Part shown: piece by piece, positions 39,052 through 49,256 of the stretch
Numbering within the stretch: position 1 is the stretch's first letter
Layout of the letters: each line of letters starts with the position of its first letter
NCBI GenBank assembly: GCA_963824385.1
Contig: CAWGPD010000004.1
Span: forward strand, 288,001-352,000
DNA from: an uncultured Nitrososphaerota archaeon
GTDB lineage: Archaea; Thermoproteota; Nitrososphaeria; Nitrososphaerales; Nitrosopumilaceae
Length of the DNA stretch: 64,000 bases
Reading direction: 5' to 3'
Position numbers and translations under genes: made by a program
Notes under the pieces: generated by a model
What the model saw: only the letters and a program-made list of their open reading frames with translations
Databases searched by the model: none
What the model was told of the DNA's origin: nothing

Positions 39052-41517
39052 CTATTTCACTTGCCTTTTCCTTCTCCTAAGAATTACATACAATACCATT
39101 AGAAATACAGCACTTGCAAATATTACAATTCCTGCAAGATATGCATAATTTACTCCTAGAGACTCGTTATTAGAGATAAAATTTTCCTGGGCTAGTTGAT
39201 TTGCCCCTTGTGTTACAAGAAAACTTGTATGATACATATCAGGTTTGTATGCATCATCTGATACTACAAATATCTGAAAGTCATTTGAGCCTAATTCAAA
39301 ATTCTTTGTCTTTTCAGGACCAAGGGTTATTGTCATGTTTCCATCTGCAGATTTTTTCTTCCCATTATCGACTATCTTTCCTTCAGGGTTTGTAAAATAG
39401 TAATATACAGTAGCATTTGGTGTGACTGAAATTGGTATTGTAAGATTTGTACCTAGGATTATGTCAGTTGGTACTTCAACATTTTGTATTGTAGGTATGC
39501 TAATATCTTCAAATTTTTCCCAGTATCCAGATTTGAAAGGATATGTGGGATCATCAAATGCTTTAATCGTGATCTTTCTTGCATCAGGAGAATAACTATC
39601 CAAATAGTATGGTCCATTACTTATTACAGCATGTCCATGTTCAGCAATCCAAGATATCGAAGCATTGTATCTTGAATTAAAATAATTTGAATCGTTAACA
39701 TATGAAAGTGCGGGTGGAATAGAACTCTCTTTTTCAAAGTCTTCAAGGTTTGTTTTTATCACATTGGCATCATTTGGAATAATTAGTGACATCCAGTCTA
39801 CATCTTTGCTCATTGCGTCTGATTCTGAAAATGCAAGCTTGCCATCAGTAACTGCTTTTTCCATAGCGTAACCAATCTCCCATGGCATTGCAGGCCAGAC
39901 TTGGGCAGAGTCTGCAATTTCATTATCATCAAAATGCCAATAGTTTTGATAAACCTCAATAGTATCTGCATCAACAACCCTAACTCCTATGAGCATCTTT
40001 GCAGCCTGATTTGCCTTGGGAGAATATTCTGAATCAAATGTCATGGTTCCATTTGTCTGATCTGTACCCCATTGATATAGAAAATAAATTCCATAAAGAA
40101 CATCGTTCATATCCATTGGAATTTTGTTGTGCCAATTTCCAAATTTTAGGTGAAACGTTACTTTGCTTGTTGCCTTAACTCCAGTTCCCACCTGAACCCA
40201 CTTTTGTTTTAAAGCATCCCAGTATATTGCGTCACTTGGAACATCAAGTTTGTTCAAAGGTCCAGCAGTCTTGACTTGCCAATCAGACCTTACTGGTATG
40301 GTATATCCAGTGTAAGGATTTTTGAAGTCTCCAGGGTCAGATATGGTTCCCCAAATTTGCTGGCTGGAAGAATCTGTAAATCCACCGATTGGATTCCATG
40401 CACCAGAGTAGATATTTTTTACACCTATTGTCAGTGTGTCAGAATCGGATCTTGCATTAATTGGAGTAAACCTACTTGTAATTCCTGCACCAAAATCATT
40501 TATTATTCCATCGACTTTTTTGTTTGCGACAAATTGGTCTATCTTGCATGCAAGAAATATTCTAACAGAATCATGAATTCCCCGATCAACTGCCTGGTTT
40601 ATCAAACTGGAGCGTTGATCTGAAGATGTAAAATTTCCAAAGAATATCGCCTTGGATAGAGAATCAATCTCAGGGTCTTGGAAATTCCAATATGAGGGAT
40701 TGTTAAATCCAGGCATGTTAGAGTACCACGGAGAATACATTTGGGCAGTATTTACGGAATCATATCTTACAAAACCACTCATTGTCCATCCTTCTGTGTA
40801 AATACTCCATTTCATATCAGATGGATTGGAACCATAAACATCAGAGAATGCTTTTGTCAGATCACCATAATCTTTTTTCACCACAAATCCTACATCGTGT
40901 AATTGAGAAGCAAGAATTTCGCCAATAGATCTTCGTATAGGATCATCACTTCGAATAAAGATTGTAACAGATATCGGTTTTGAATTATAGTACCAAGTTC
41001 CTCCAGTCTTTTGTGCACCTGCCTTTTCAAGTGCACTTGATATGATTTGATTTGCAAGCGCGGGATTATGTTTAAAATTAAATGACTGTAATTCTCCCAG
41101 TATTGAGAGATAATCAGGATCATATGGTTTGTATGCAGAAATCATTTGAACGCCATAACCATTTAGAACTTCATCTACGATAAGATCCCTATCTATTAGA
41201 TAATTTAGTGCAAATCTTACTTGTTGGATTGAAAATGGATTGAATTGCTCAGAGACTGCGGGATTTATCAAAAGACTATAACTTGTTCCAGCAGACTGGA
41301 ATACCTTCAAATTTTGCCTTGATTGATCATCAAGTAGATCCAACGGTATTGCAGAATAATAAATATCCAAGTGTCCATTTTCTATTTCTTGTACAGCAGT
41401 GTTATCATCAGAGTACTGGATAAATTCAACTTTGTTAAAATTTGTACCTTTATCACCAAATGCAACTACAGGGCCCAAAATAAAAATCGCTAGAAGAATG
41501 AATAATAAAAATTTCAT
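39052..41517 (-). CDS. ABC transporter substrate-binding protein (family 5) with C-terminal TM anchor
   Basis: NPFSIQQVRFALNYLIDR, ISNGPYYLDSY; adjacent to permeases. Confidence 0.9.
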   Translation of the reverse strand: MKFLLFILLAIFILGPVVAFGDKGTNFNKVEFIQYSDDNTAVQEIENGHLDIYYSAIPLDLLDDQSRQNLKVFQSAGTSYSLLINPAVSEQFNPFSIQQVRFALNYLIDRDLIVDEVLNGYGVQMISAYKPYDPDYLSILGELQSFNFKHNPALANQIISSALEKAGAQKTGGTWYYNSKPISVTIFIRSDDPIRRSIGEILASQLHDVGFVVKKDYGDLTKAFSDVYGSNPSDMKWSIYTEGWTMSGFVRYDSVNTAQMYSPWYSNMPGFNNPSYWNFQDPEIDSLSKAIFFGNFTSSDQRSSLINQAVDRGIHDSVRIFLACKIDQFVANKKVDGIINDFGAGITSRFTPINARSDSDTLTIGVKNIYSGAWNPIGGFTDSSSQQIWGTISDPGDFKNPYTGYTIPVRSDWQVKTAGPLNKLDVPSDAIYWDALKQKWVQVGTGVKATSKVTFHLKFGNWHNKIPMDMNDVLYGIYFLYQWGTDQTNGTMTFDSEYSPKANQAAKMLIGVRVVDADTIEVYQNYWHFDDNEIADSAQVWPAMPWEIGYAMEKAVTDGKLAFSESDAMSKDVDWMSLIIPNDANVIKTNLEDFEKESSIPPALSYVNDSNYFNSRYNASISWIAEHGHAVISNGPYYLDSYSPDARKITIKAFDDPTYPFKSGYWEKFEDISIPTIQNVEVPTDIILGTNLTIPISVTPNATVYYYFTNPEGKIVDNGKKKSADGNMTITLGPEKTKNFELGSNDFQIFVVSDDAYKPDMYHTSFLVTQGANQLAQENFISNNESLGVNYAYLAGIVIFASAVFLMVLYVILRRRKRQVK

Positions 41518-41661
41518 GATATGTTTTTCAATGAACTGTATTTAACCGTGGTCCAACAAGTAAATTATCATAATATAAAAAACTAGTACAAGAATTACGA
41601 TGACGTGGTGTCACACAATAACACAAATAGTATTTTATAAAAGAAAACTAATTGGTTCATA

Positions 41662-42282
41662 ATGAATCTTCAAATGCTAGTAAAAGGAATTCAAGGAATA
41701 ATCCCAGGAGGGCTTTCTGTCAAAGATTTTAGCATGGCAACTCAGACTAGCGAATATGTAGCAAACGAGATACTTGACAATTTTATGCAAAATGGAATAG
41801 GAAGATATGAGGAGGAACAAATCCATTTTGAAGAAAGTGACAGGCTAAAGACGTGTATTCTTGCAATTAACATGGGTGCGGCAATTGAGGAGGTCTCACG
41901 CTTGTTAAAATGGCAGGATTTTGAATCGCTTGCAGCAGAAATTCTTGAAAAGCAAGATTTTGAGACTACAAAAAATGTCATATTAACAAAACCCAGGATG
42001 CAGATAGATGTGATAGGCATCAAGTCAGATGTTGCCATACTTGTTGACTGTAAACATTGGAAAAATATGTCCCACTCGGCACTTCAGACTGCCGTAAAAA
42101 AACAAATTGAGAGAACAAAGCAATATCTGACTAAAGAAGATATCAGGGCTGCAGTTCCTGCAATTGTAACCCTTTACCAACACGACCTACAATTCATTGA
42201 TGGAGTACCAATTATCCCAGTCCATCAGTTAGATTCATTTTGTGATGAGTTTTACGGGAATCTAGAAAAACTTCAAAGTTAG
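41662..42282 (+). CDS. PD-(D/E)xK nuclease, Mrr/restriction endonuclease-like
   Basis: WQDFESLAAEIL, QIDVIG, VDCKHW. Confidence 0.8.
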   Translation: MNLQMLVKGIQGIIPGGLSVKDFSMATQTSEYVANEILDNFMQNGIGRYEEEQIHFEESDRLKTCILAINMGAAIEEVSRLLKWQDFESLAAEILEKQDFETTKNVILTKPRMQIDVIGIKSDVAILVDCKHWKNMSHSALQTAVKKQIERTKQYLTKEDIRAAVPAIVTLYQHDLQFIDGVPIIPVHQLDSFCDEFYGNLEKLQS

Positions 42283-44019
42283 AGCATCGTATAGATAAAA
42301 AATCCAGTAGTTATCAAAAGAAACGCTTGTGTTATTCGCATTGCATTATCAAGGGATTTTGAATAAAGCTCGAAGCTGGTTACCTCCCATAACTTTGACA
42401 CTGGTCTCACTTTCTAGGAGGTCGTAAGATGTAGGAGAAGCAGTCTGTTCTGCTTTTTTGGCAAGATCTAAAAACCATGATACAACATCAGGTGCTTTGG
42501 ATAGACTTCCAAATTCAAAATAACCGTGTTTATTTCTAGGCGTTCTTGCTTTATAGTGCGTATCAGATGTGCATATTTCAAGAAAATTATATCCATTATT
42601 TAAGAAACTATTTGCAATTTCTTCACGCAGTCCATTTAACATATTATTTGCATCGGCCCATGCAAGAAAGAACTTTTCATCACCAATCTTAAAACACATT
42701 ATTGCAACCTTGCCAGGTCCAAGATCATCTGCATCAAAATTTAGATGCTCAGAGTTTGCATATCCAACCTCTAATGGCAACGTCTCTTTTGTGATGAGTG
42801 TATCCAAAGTAGATTTTGCAGCAATTAGAAGATCATCTGCATCAAGTTTTTCAATTTCTTTTCCCATTGCATTATGACTATCAACAATCAGTACTCTTTC
42901 AAATCCTCTGTTTTTACCATATTGCTCAAGATCTGATTTTATGTAAAATGGAATATCTTCCATCCCGTGGGGAGACAATGAAAGAATCAAGACTGCTGTT
43001 TTATCAAATAACAATCCAGTAGTTCTGGCTTTATTTACTTGAATTGTGACTGGCTTTGTGCTTTTTGAACCTTCTTGGATTTTCAGATTTTGTTGGAGGC
43101 TTGTGATATAATGATCAACTTGAGATTTAGAAGGTAAGTTAAGCGAATGGTCAGAAATGCTATGCATTACCATCGCAGAAGAATTGAGATTTTTATATAT
43201 AAGATACGGTATATTGCTTCCACCTATTGGATGAAACGGTCCAGGATGAAGGTCTGGAATTACCAGTCTACAATCTCCGTCTTTTTTCTTGAATAGAATT
43301 TGAAATGTGGAGACCTTTGATGGTTCTGAGCGTTTCTCCATCAACAATTCCATTGGTTTAGGATCATTATTTGTCCATGCTGCAAGATATGCTTGCAAGA
43401 ATGCGTGAGTACTAGATAATTTTCCACTACCTGCAATTCTATCACTTAACAAAGTCCAGAGACTTCCAAGAACACAAAAAACTATACCATATGCAATAGA
43501 CCTGGGATCAGACAGCATTGGAATCCATTGATTAGTAGGTACAAATGCAAGGAACATTGCAAGAGGTTGGATTAATGAAATTGCCCACGCTGTCTTTAGT
43601 TTTGCTCCCAGTACTGATGTAAATATCGCAATTCTAAAACTAGTAAACAAAAACATTCCTTCAATTACATAAATTTGTAATAACTGTGGTTTAGAAAATA
43701 CGTAAAAAGACAATATTCCACATAGAAGAGTTACAAGCCACAAAAGATTTCCAAATGCAGACATGTGTATGGATTTAGAATATTCAGTTTTCAAAATTTT
43801 AGTATCTATTATCTGAGTTATCATAAGTGCGGCAACAGTAACAGGTATGGCATAGACTAGCCTGTCAGATGATTTGAAATAATCAATGCTTGATACTGCC
43901 ACAATAACACATGCGGCAACAATGGCGATTACTAGCGATACATAGTGTGAAGTTGGAGTAAATGTTGTTAACGTATACCGTTTATGAATGCGGGATACAT
44001 CGTTGGAGCTTTCCGTCAT
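42279..44019 (-). CDS. DUF2070 family membrane protein; +1 frameshift near 42372
   Basis: Multi-TM N-terminus; HPGPFHPIGGS, DSHN, DANN, TSDTH motifs. Confidence 0.85.
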
Positions 44020-44180
44020 GCTGAGAAAAAGATCTTAAGAATCCACGAAAGTCCAATCAATGATGCAGGTATTGCAACTACTATCTCTGGCCTTAACTTG
44101 TAGCCTTTAGTCTCATCCTCAAAGAATCTCAATAGACCCGCACTTGATGCTGGCAGTGGTGCAGATTTTTTGCTGCTCAT
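44016..44180 (-). CDS. secG: Preprotein translocase subunit Sec61beta/SecG (below ORF-track cutoff)
   Basis: MSSKKSAPLPASSAGLLRFFEDETKGYKLRPEIVVAIPASLIGLSWILKIFFSA; AGLxRFF and P-x-x-V motifs. Confidence 0.92.
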   Translation of the reverse strand: MSSKKSAPLPASSAGLLRFFEDETKGYKLRPEIVVAIPASLIGLSWILKIFFSA

Positions 44181-44224
44181 GATATGTCTGTTTCAAGGAT
44201 GTTTAAATAAATACCTTTTTGTGC

Positions 44225-44560
44225 CTAGATCTTGGCCAGTCTTTCTTTAATTGCAATTACCTCATTCATAGCAAACAAGATCTGTTTTTGTTTCTCATAG
44301 TCCTTTTCCTTTTGAAGTGCTTCTGCCAGTTCCTTTATTTTTAGATCCAATGTATCAATAGTAGTATTTCCAGATCTTCGTTCCATTTGTGGTAAGACGG
44401 ATTCAGATTGCTCTTTTATTGCCTCCTTGCCACATGTTATACATAATGCATTACCATCATTCATAATTCTAACACCCTTACAATATGGACAAGGGTCACT
44501 GACCAGTGTCACTCCCTTTAGCAGCATCTCGACTGCTCGTTTTGTTAGCTCTTTTGACAT
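44225..44560 (-). CDS. UPF0148 / autoantigen-p27-like zinc ribbon protein
   Basis: MLLKG.TL...CPYC...CITCG plus coiled coil. Confidence 0.85.
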   Translation of the reverse strand: MSKELTKRAVEMLLKGVTLVSDPCPYCKGVRIMNDGNALCITCGKEAIKEQSESVLPQMERRSGNTTIDTLDLKIKELAEALQKEKDYEKQKQILFAMNEVIAIKERLAKI

Positions 44561-44643
44561 AAGATGGAGTTACTTGAACCAAATAAAAAACTTAGAGGAG
44601 GATAAACAAGGCTTAATAGTGAGATTTCGACTTTTTAGTTCGA

Positions 44644-44952
44644 ATGGCGGTAATCTGCAATACTTGTGGACTTCCTAATGATTTATGCGCCTGTGGTGAA
44701 CTTGAAAAAGATCAAACTCAGATTGTTGTAAGAATTGAGGAAAGACGTTTCAAAAAGAAAGGAACAAAGATCGAAGGAATCAATCCAAAGATGAATGATT
44801 TAGGAAAAGTTGTAAAAGAATTAAAGGCTCGTTATGCTTGTGGCGGCACTGAAAAAGAAGGTTATATCTTTCTTCAAGGAGACCATAGAGATACAATAAA
44901 GGCAACGCTTGTTAAGCTTGGATTTCCTGAAGCTAGTATCGAAGTTCATTGA
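44644..44952 (+). CDS. sui1: Translation initiation factor aIF1 (SUI1)
   Basis: CxxCGLP.DLC.C, LKARYACGGT, LQGDHR. Confidence 0.95.
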   Translation: MAVICNTCGLPNDLCACGELEKDQTQIVVRIEERRFKKKGTKIEGINPKMNDLGKVVKELKARYACGGTEKEGYIFLQGDHRDTIKATLVKLGFPEASIEVH

Positions 44953-45974
44953 TATCAAGTTTGGAAAAAATAGATAAGATCATAAAAATTCTTGCCATAC
45001 CATATTCTGGATTTTTGTCAATAATATTTGGAATCATGTTACTTTCATTTCCAATTGGTCTTTATGTGATGTTCAATTCCGAGATTGGAAAAGATATCAA
45101 TTATCAGTATCCCACTGACGGATTGAATTTGTTTTTTGGTGGAATAGGCTACAAGATTCCAGTTTCTTTTGAGATTGGAGATGCGTTTATCATAGCATGG
45201 GCAGCTTTTTTGATACTATTTTCAATCTCATATTTTGGCCCAGAAGATTCTCTATTGAAAACACTTTCAAATCTAATGTCAAGAGGGTGGAGGAGCATGA
45301 AAGGCAATGCACTTGCAAATACGATGGCATGGTTTTCAATTTTAATTTTATTTTCAATAATAATTGAGATAGTTCAGCAAAGCGTTGGAATCAAGATTGA
45401 ATTACCCCAGTCTGATAACAATTTGATCCGTTTCTTTCAGCTAACCACATCTCCTTTGACTGAAGAAGTAGGCTTTAGAGTCATCCTAATAGGAATTCCA
45501 CTTTTTCTAATATATTCACACGTTCCCTCATGGAAGATATTTTTCAAGTCTTTGTGGAGACCTTCAAAATATCTCTACATTGAGAATTACAAAAGACCAA
45601 TGATTTTGATTATTACAATCGGATTATTTTTCGGAGTATCCCATATAATTTCAGGAACCCCGTGGAGTCCTGGAAAGGTGTCACAGGCAACAGTTGCAGG
45701 AATTATAATAGGATGGGTTTATGTAAGATATGGTTTTGCCCCAGCAGTGTTGATACATTGGGCCACAAACTACTTTTTATTTTCATATTTATTTTTCATT
45801 TCAAATCTAAGTCAAAGCCCAACAATAAACGAATCATCAAATCCCTTTTCCAATACATTAGAAGCGATAATCATCATAACAGGAATAATTGCCATAACAA
45901 TCAAGATTTTATCGCATATTGAATCAAGAAAGAACATAGACAAAACAAGTATGCCAAATGATAAATTAATCTAG
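44949..45974 (+). CDS. CPBP family intramembrane glutamic endopeptidase
   Basis: PLTEEVGFR, FFGVSH, LIHWATN. Confidence 0.9.
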   Translation: MISSLEKIDKIIKILAIPYSGFLSIIFGIMLLSFPIGLYVMFNSEIGKDINYQYPTDGLNLFFGGIGYKIPVSFEIGDAFIIAWAAFLILFSISYFGPEDSLLKTLSNLMSRGWRSMKGNALANTMAWFSILILFSIIIEIVQQSVGIKIELPQSDNNLIRFFQLTTSPLTEEVGFRVILIGIPLFLIYSHVPSWKIFFKSLWRPSKYLYIENYKRPMILIITIGLFFGVSHIISGTPWSPGKVSQATVAGIIIGWVYVRYGFAPAVLIHWATNYFLFSYLFFISNLSQSPTINESSNPFSNTLEAIIIITGIIAITIKILSHIESRKNIDKTSMPNDKLI

Positions 45975-46604
45975 AATTTTTCTAAGAGAGTTTGCTATTG
46001 TAGTATCAGAAAAAGACAGTATGAATCTAAGATCAGATTGATCATCAATATCAAGCATGATCCTTCGAATCAATACAAGTGCTGAACTTGCATTTCGTTT
46101 TTCAGCAGTATTTAGATGTATTTTATAGCTGTCTTCATCATAATGCGTCTCCATTACATTTGTAGGAGTTCTAAACAAGGCATTGGTTCCATCAAATTTT
46201 CGTGATGGTACAACCAAGACACATCGGTCAGACGTTCTCATTTGATATAATGTTTCTACATCTTCTGGCTGTATCAGCGGTATATCTTGTGGAAAGACCA
46301 TCGTTGCCTCAAACCCTTCTCGTGAAAAATAGTCATCTGCAAGTAAAACTGCACTATTGACTCCCTGTTCAGATTCATCATAGATTCCATGTGCTCCAAA
46401 TTTTTTTCCAATACCTAGTGCCTTTTCATCTTTACTTACTAGAACGGTTTTTTCAATAAGGTTAGAACGTGTTACATTTTGTAAAACTGATTCCAACATT
46501 TCCGCACATATTTTTTCAGTCTTTTCTTGAGATAAATTAAGACGTGTTTTGGCTCTCGAGAAAGTTTTCACTGGAATTATTGCGCCAATACGCAAATCAG
46601 ACAT
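45966..46604 (-). CDS. cofC: 2-phospho-L-lactate guanylyltransferase (F420 biosynthesis)
   Basis: IIPVK...AKTRL, DIPLI, GTNAL, LDIDD..DL; overlaps cofD. Confidence 0.93.
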   Translation of the reverse strand: MSDLRIGAIIPVKTFSRAKTRLNLSQEKTEKICAEMLESVLQNVTRSNLIEKTVLVSKDEKALGIGKKFGAHGIYDESEQGVNSAVLLADDYFSREGFEATMVFPQDIPLIQPEDVETLYQMRTSDRCVLVVPSRKFDGTNALFRTPTNVMETHYDEDSYKIHLNTAEKRNASSALVLIRRIMLDIDDQSDLRFILSFSDTTIANSLRKILD

Positions 46605-47517
46605 GAACTTGTTTTAGAATAAAAGATGCTAAAGCTTCTTCATCTTTCTTGTCCTTCATTCTTATCTTAGTTTCATAAACTTTCATATCCAAGTTTTCTA
46701 TTTTTCTAGTTAGTAATCGGTCTGCAGAATCAATTACAATGTGCGATGCAACTTCAGAATACATTTTTGCCAAACCATAAACAGAAACTTCCATGCCTGC
46801 AGCTTCCATATACTTTGTAGCAGGTCCACTAATTGCAGCATTTCCTATAAGAGGACTAACAACCACCACCTTTTTCTTTGATTTTGATAATTCTTTTCTA
46901 ATTCCTTTAATTGACAAGATTGGTCCGATACTTGTCAGAGGATTTCCTGGTGCGATTATCACTAATTTAGAATCATGTATAGCATTTACTGCAGCTGGAT
47001 TTGCGCGTGCCTTGTCTGCACCAATATACTTTATTCCCTCTACTTTGTCTTGGCCTTTGTATTTTACCCAGTATTCTTGAAGATGCAAGTCTCCCTTGTT
47101 GGTTACAATTCTTGTTTCTACGCTATTATCAGTAACTGGAATAATTTTTGTGTCAATTGCAAATTTTCGGCACATCCATTCTGTGATATCAGACAAGTTC
47201 TTTCCATTCTTTAGCATATTAGTTCTCAAAAGATGAATTGCTGCATCTCGGTCACCGATGTTAAACCAAGTTTCTTCACCTAAAACTTCCATTTGTCGTA
47301 AAAATCCATATGTGTCCTTCTTTATTCCCCATCCTTTGTCAGTATCTAAAATATCTGCCAGTCCGTAGAGAATTGTATCAATATCCGGACAGATGTAAAG
47401 ACCATACAGCCAATAATTGTCACCAACATTAGATATTACAGATATGTCTCGAGTTTGAGTAGCTATACCTCGAACAAGTTTTACAGAACCGGTTCCGCCT
47501 GCAAGAATTGTAATCAT
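46597..47517 (-). CDS. cofD: 2-phospho-L-lactate transferase (F420 biosynthesis)
   Basis: LAGGTGSVK, NVGD, GLYICPDIDT, WFNIGDRD, LQEYWV, NPLTSIGPIL. Confidence 0.95.
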   Translation of the reverse strand: MITILAGGTGSVKLVRGIATQTRDISVISNVGDNYWLYGLYICPDIDTILYGLADILDTDKGWGIKKDTYGFLRQMEVLGEETWFNIGDRDAAIHLLRTNMLKNGKNLSDITEWMCRKFAIDTKIIPVTDNSVETRIVTNKGDLHLQEYWVKYKGQDKVEGIKYIGADKARANPAAVNAIHDSKLVIIAPGNPLTSIGPILSIKGIRKELSKSKKKVVVVSPLIGNAAISGPATKYMEAAGMEVSVYGLAKMYSEVASHIVIDSADRLLTRKIENLDMKVYETKIRMKDKKDEEALASFILKQVHV

Positions 47518-47641
47518 CGTCTATTTCTCCTGTAAAATAATTAGATTAGACCAACTAAATATTACTCTTACCACTAGGAAAAATTTTCAGCTGTGAAAAT
47601 CAATGCTAAAGTTTATTACTATCAGACAGAGAATTCACACC

Positions 47642-48802
47642 GTGACTAAGAGAGTTCTTTTAGCATCAACAATTTTGAGCTTACTAGTTTTTGGAACAGT
47701 TGCACCAATTTGGGCAACAGTTGACTTTAACGCATATCTTCCAATCGAAGGAACTCCAATCATACCAGAATTCAAATTTACCAAGAACGTTGAAATCGAC
47801 TATCCAAATGGTGGAAAACTAAAGGATGCACTTATGGGTAAAAATATGACAATATCATTTTCTGACAGTTCGGATAACAATACAAGTATCAAATCGTTTA
47901 TGGATGCAATAAATACAGAGTTTGCAACAGATAGAAAGTCTACTGCAACAATCTCTACTATGAAAGTACAATATCAGATCCAGATCAACGGTGATGACAA
48001 GGGTGCAACAATTGATTATTTGATAATATTAGATCCTACAATTAATGGATACACCTTGAACAAGGGAGGAGGCGACACACCCACAGTATTAGACATATCA
48101 TGGATGGGATTTGTCATGAAGGGTCCAGTAGTTATAACTACCCAACAATATGGTGACTTGGATATCAATTCTCCAATAGGTGTAATACAGAAAGAATTAC
48201 CAGATGTATACAACATATTGAATGGAACTGCAGCAGAGACTCCCTTGAGTGTCAATTTGATAGATGCAAGCCCACTTGTTGGATATACGATTGATAAATG
48301 GAATACCCTTTTTGATCCAGCATATACTCTCACTGAAACTGCAGGGTATGGATATGCAGGACAGAAAGTCGCAGTAACATCATTTGCGTATGGACAAAGT
48401 GATTTATACCAAGGTTCATTAAAAACCCAAAATGTTGATACTGATTTTACAGCAGATGCAACATATCATTTAACAGTAATTGACAGAGCAAGTTCAGGTA
48501 CAATAGATGCAGCAGGACATGCAAACGGATACATGGTACAAGACACTCCAGCAATTTCCACATTAGCCCAAGTGTCCACAGGATCATCAGTTCAAACAGC
48601 CCAAGGCCTATCAACTACTACAATATATGCAATGGCAGGATTTGCAGTAATAATCGCAATAGGAGTTTTCTGGTTTAGCAATCAAAAAATGAAAGCAGCG
48701 ATGAAAAGAGGTGTAGACACTAGTCCGCCTCCAACATTCCAGTATGAAGAAAGAAAACACTGGGTAGACAAGTTTGATGAAGAAAAGAAAAAGAAGGAAT
48801 AA
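47642..48802 (+). CDS. Hypothetical secreted, C-terminally anchored surface protein
   Basis: Signal peptide, Thr/Asp-rich body, TM (IYAMAGFAVIIAIGVFWF), charged tail. Confidence 0.8.
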   Translation: MTKRVLLASTILSLLVFGTVAPIWATVDFNAYLPIEGTPIIPEFKFTKNVEIDYPNGGKLKDALMGKNMTISFSDSSDNNTSIKSFMDAINTEFATDRKSTATISTMKVQYQIQINGDDKGATIDYLIILDPTINGYTLNKGGGDTPTVLDISWMGFVMKGPVVITTQQYGDLDINSPIGVIQKELPDVYNILNGTAAETPLSVNLIDASPLVGYTIDKWNTLFDPAYTLTETAGYGYAGQKVAVTSFAYGQSDLYQGSLKTQNVDTDFTADATYHLTVIDRASSGTIDAAGHANGYMVQDTPAISTLAQVSTGSSVQTAQGLSTTTIYAMAGFAVIIAIGVFWFSNQKMKAAMKRGVDTSPPPTFQYEERKHWVDKFDEEKKKKE

Positions 48803-48830
48803 TTTTTAAAAAATTTATTTTAAAAAAAAA

Positions 48831-49110
48831 GTGCGTGCCAGCCGTAACCCTCCTTCTGTTTTAACGATATTACGCTATGCGGCCTACCTAAACAAAGTGC
48901 AGCGCTTATTGTTTGATTTGGCCTTTCTCCGCGCGGGACAGATTTTTCATTCCTTACTGGAAACCTCAGGCTTTACCATCATAGTATGCCAGGTTGGATT
49001 TTTTTCTGTGCTGTTGCCAATCATCTCTGACTATCCGTCTCCGGATCGCACTTGCTGCATGGAGGGAGGAGTTTCCTCTGCCGTGGCAGTGATCGTTCAC
49101 CGGCTCGCAC
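48831..49110 (-). ncRNA. rnpB: RNase P RNA
   Basis: Minus strand GAGGAAACUCCUCC (CR-I) and AACAGAAGGAGGGUUAC (CR-V) form P4; complementary GUGCG/CGCAC ends; GC-rich; followed by a U-tract. Confidence 0.95.
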
Positions 49111-49256
49111 CTGATAGCAAGCATCCAATTTACTATTTTAGGATTAGCATAGAAGAAGGAACAATCAGTGCATCATATGGGCAGTAAATTTGTGTGCCTG
49201 TTACAGGTAACGAGTAGAGATTTATTCATCCATCCAGAGCTCACCGATATATTCAC

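Noticed and set aside
41662..42282. Restriction-modification or defence system
   Set aside because: Solitary PD-(D/E)xK gene in housekeeping context; no methylase or other defence gene nearby
48831..49187. 118-aa + strand ORF
   Set aside because: Shadow of the RNase P RNA on the minus strand
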